Shown piece by piece: positions 60,293-62,085 of a stretch of DNA of 62,085 nt. Below the pieces are notes generated by a model, which worked only from the letters and a program-made list of their open reading frames with translations, had not been told where the DNA came from and did no database searches. The number at the start of each line of letters is the position of its first letter. Position 1 is the first letter of the stretch. Source of the stretch: Thecamonas trahens ATCC 50062 (Eukaryota > Protista > Apusomonadida); NCBI RefSeq assembly GCF_000142905.1, contig NW_013657604.1:1-62085 (forward strand). Direction: 5' to 3'. The position numbers and the translations under genes were made by a program.

Positions 60293-61022
60293 TCTTACCC
60301 TTCAGGGCAAGGGCGGGGTCGGCAAGTCGTTTGTCGCAAGCCTTCTCGCGCAGCATTACCTCAAACGCGACACCCCGCTTCATTGCTATGATACCGATCC
60401 GGTCAACCAGACCTTTGCCGGATACAAGGCATTCCCCGTCGAAACCATTCGCCTGGGCGAACGTCCTGACGAGATCAACCCGCGCTATTTCGATGCCCTG
60501 ATCGAACAGATCATGATCGGCCCGGAAGACGGGGTTGTGTGATCGATAACGGGGCCCAGCACCTTCCTGCCGCTGCTTGGCTATATGGTTGAAGCACAGG
60601 CCCTGCAAATGCTGGCCGATGCCGGTCATGAAGTCCGGCTTCATACGATCCTGACAGGTGGCCAGGCGCTTAATGATACCATGCAAGGGCTGCATCAGGT
60701 CTTGCAGAGCGTTCCCGATATTCCGGTCGTCGTCTGGCTCAATGAATATTTCGGGCGGATCGAACGCAAGAACGCATCTGGCGAAGTCGAGAGCTTCGAG
60801 CATTCCGGACTTTACAAGAAAAACAAGAACCGCATTCACGCGCTGGTCCGTTTACCCGAGGTTCGCAAAGAAACCTTTGGCCATGACATTGAACAGATGA
60901 TGCGTGCCCGCCTGACCTTCGATGAAGCAGGCAGCCACGCAGACTTCCCCTTGATGTCGCGCCAGCGCCTGATGATGACCTGGCGTAGCATTGGGGCCTC
61001 CATGGAACAGGCGGTGCTGTAA
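60279..61022 (+). pseudogene. traL: TraL P-loop protein broken by two compensating indels and a TGA (or sequencing error)
   Basis: LQGKGGVGKS, DTDPVN, VVWLNEYFG, MSRQRL; IDNGA motif out of frame at 60540-60560. Confidence 0.8.
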
Positions 61023-61462
61023 TGGCCAGCGTTCTTGATGAGGCTCCTCCGCCGCCCCTGACCATGGACAGCATCGAAGAGCTGCGCACCCATTTGTGGA
61101 AAGTTCATCAGGTCACCGTCGAGGACGGTGACCCGGTGCTCATGATCTACACCATCCACAAGGTCGTGCTCGACGAGCATCGCCGCCTGATCGATCAGCA
61201 TAACCGCACCCTGTCCGGGATCATCCAGGCACAGGCAGAAACCTTCACCAACGAAGTCACTGCCGCCATCGAGGACTTCAAGAATGAAGCCCTGACTGAT
61301 GCCGTGCGGGAACGTCTGTCTGCCATGCAGGAAGCCGCCCGCCTTGCTGATATGGCGCAGGACCGCTTTCGCAAGATGGTCAAGCTGATCTCCATCCTCA
61401 CCGCTCTCAATCTGGTCGCCGTCGTCTTCACGCTGGGCGTCCTCACCGTTTTGACGATTTGA
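61022..61462 (+). CDS. TraM-like conjugal transfer protein
   Basis: HQVTVEDGDPVLMI, coiled coil, C-terminal TM; follows traL. Confidence 0.65.
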   Translation: MASVLDEAPPPPLTMDSIEELRTHLWKVHQVTVEDGDPVLMIYTIHKVVLDEHRRLIDQHNRTLSGIIQAQAETFTNEVTAAIEDFKNEALTDAVRERLSAMQEAARLADMAQDRFRKMVKLISILTALNLVAVVFTLGVLTVLTI

Positions 61463-61480
61463 CGACAAGGAAAACAGAAC

Positions 61481-61795
61481 ATGGATAAACGCAACCTTCT
61501 CAAAATCGCTGTCATCGCTGGCCTTGCCACATTGGCCATGACCGAACCCGCTTTTGCGCAAGACACTACAGGTGGCAACTGGTGGGATCCGGTTGTCTCC
61601 TTCCTCGAACTTCTGGCCGAAGGCTTTGGCAAGATCTTCGCCATCGCGCTTGGTCTTGGTTTGGTCGTCTATGGTGGTTGGGGAGCCTTCACAGGCAGGC
61701 TCGATCCACAACGCGGCATCATGATGGTGATTGGTGGCATCCTGGTCACTGCAGGACCGGCCATTGCTTCGGGTCTTCTGGGGGTTCTCAAATGA
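61481..61795 (+). CDS. TrbC/VirB2 pilin
   Basis: Signal ending PAFAQ followed by two hydrophobic helices. Confidence 0.75.
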   Translation: MDKRNLLKIAVIAGLATLAMTEPAFAQDTTGGNWWDPVVSFLELLAEGFGKIFAIALGLGLVVYGGWGAFTGRLDPQRGIMMVIGGILVTAGPAIASGLLGVLK

Positions 61796-62085
61796 AAGCC
61801 GCCAGTGCTGTTCTCATTCAGGTCCAGCGCCAGATGACGCTGATCGGTCTACCGATCTCGCTTTTGCTTGTTGCCGGTCTCGTTGGCGTTCTGGGTTTTG
61901 TCCTGCCCGTCGTGTTCGATTTTCCTGCCCTGGTTATTCCAGGCGGGATCGTGGGCTTTGTCGGCGCATGGATCTATCTCGTCAAACATCAGCGGATCAA
62001 TCCGAACTATGACCGCGATCTGCTGGTGACCCCAATGTTTTGGGGCAGCCGTAAGGGTGAGCGCCTCCTGACCACGGGAGGTCGC
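61792..62085 (+). CDS. VirB3/TrbD-like membrane protein, runs off the window
   Basis: ATGA-coupled to pilin; RQMTLIGLP followed by two TM segments. Confidence 0.5.
   Translation, partial: MKAASAVLIQVQRQMTLIGLPISLLLVAGLVGVLGFVLPVVFDFPALVIPGGIVGFVGAWIYLVKHQRINPNYDRDLLVTPMFWGSRKGERLLTTGGR

Overview
GC-rich alphaproteobacterial draft sequence (5 N-gaps) that looks like stacked mobile DNA. (1) 1-2953: short prokaryotic Argonaute defence operon (SIR2-APAZ + MID-PIWI, SPARSA type). (2) 3365-17208: backbone of an ICEMlSym/Tn4371-like element (rlxS, slt, traF, rdfS, DUF736, parB, DUF2958, ardC) with the full quorum-sensing switch: traR, tra-box, traI, msi172/msi171 joined by a +1 frameshift site into FseA, an FseA box before rdfS, and qseM/qseC. 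It ends in an AbiEii toxin decapitated by an IS3 remnant. (3) 18590-44263: cargo mixing a Cu-efflux operon, a complete PHA/acetate gene set and transporters with four CorE-like Cys-rich ECF sigma homologues (two intact, one sigma4-only, one pseudogene). Five copies of a TGTAAC-N16/17-CGTCY ECF-type promoter precede both metal and PHA operons; this is my best candidate for an undescribed system. (4) 44580-59573: block bounded by two tRNA-fMet 3'-end fragments with terminators, holding a mer operon, a MerR operon with an atypical YPC P1B-ATPase, and a CueR-like operon with two gamma-glutamylcyclotransferases, an LPG-synthase-like protein and an MFS. (5) 59694-end: IncP-like traK/traL/traM plus pilin genes of another conjugative element. 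All family calls come from motif recognition; no database search was run.
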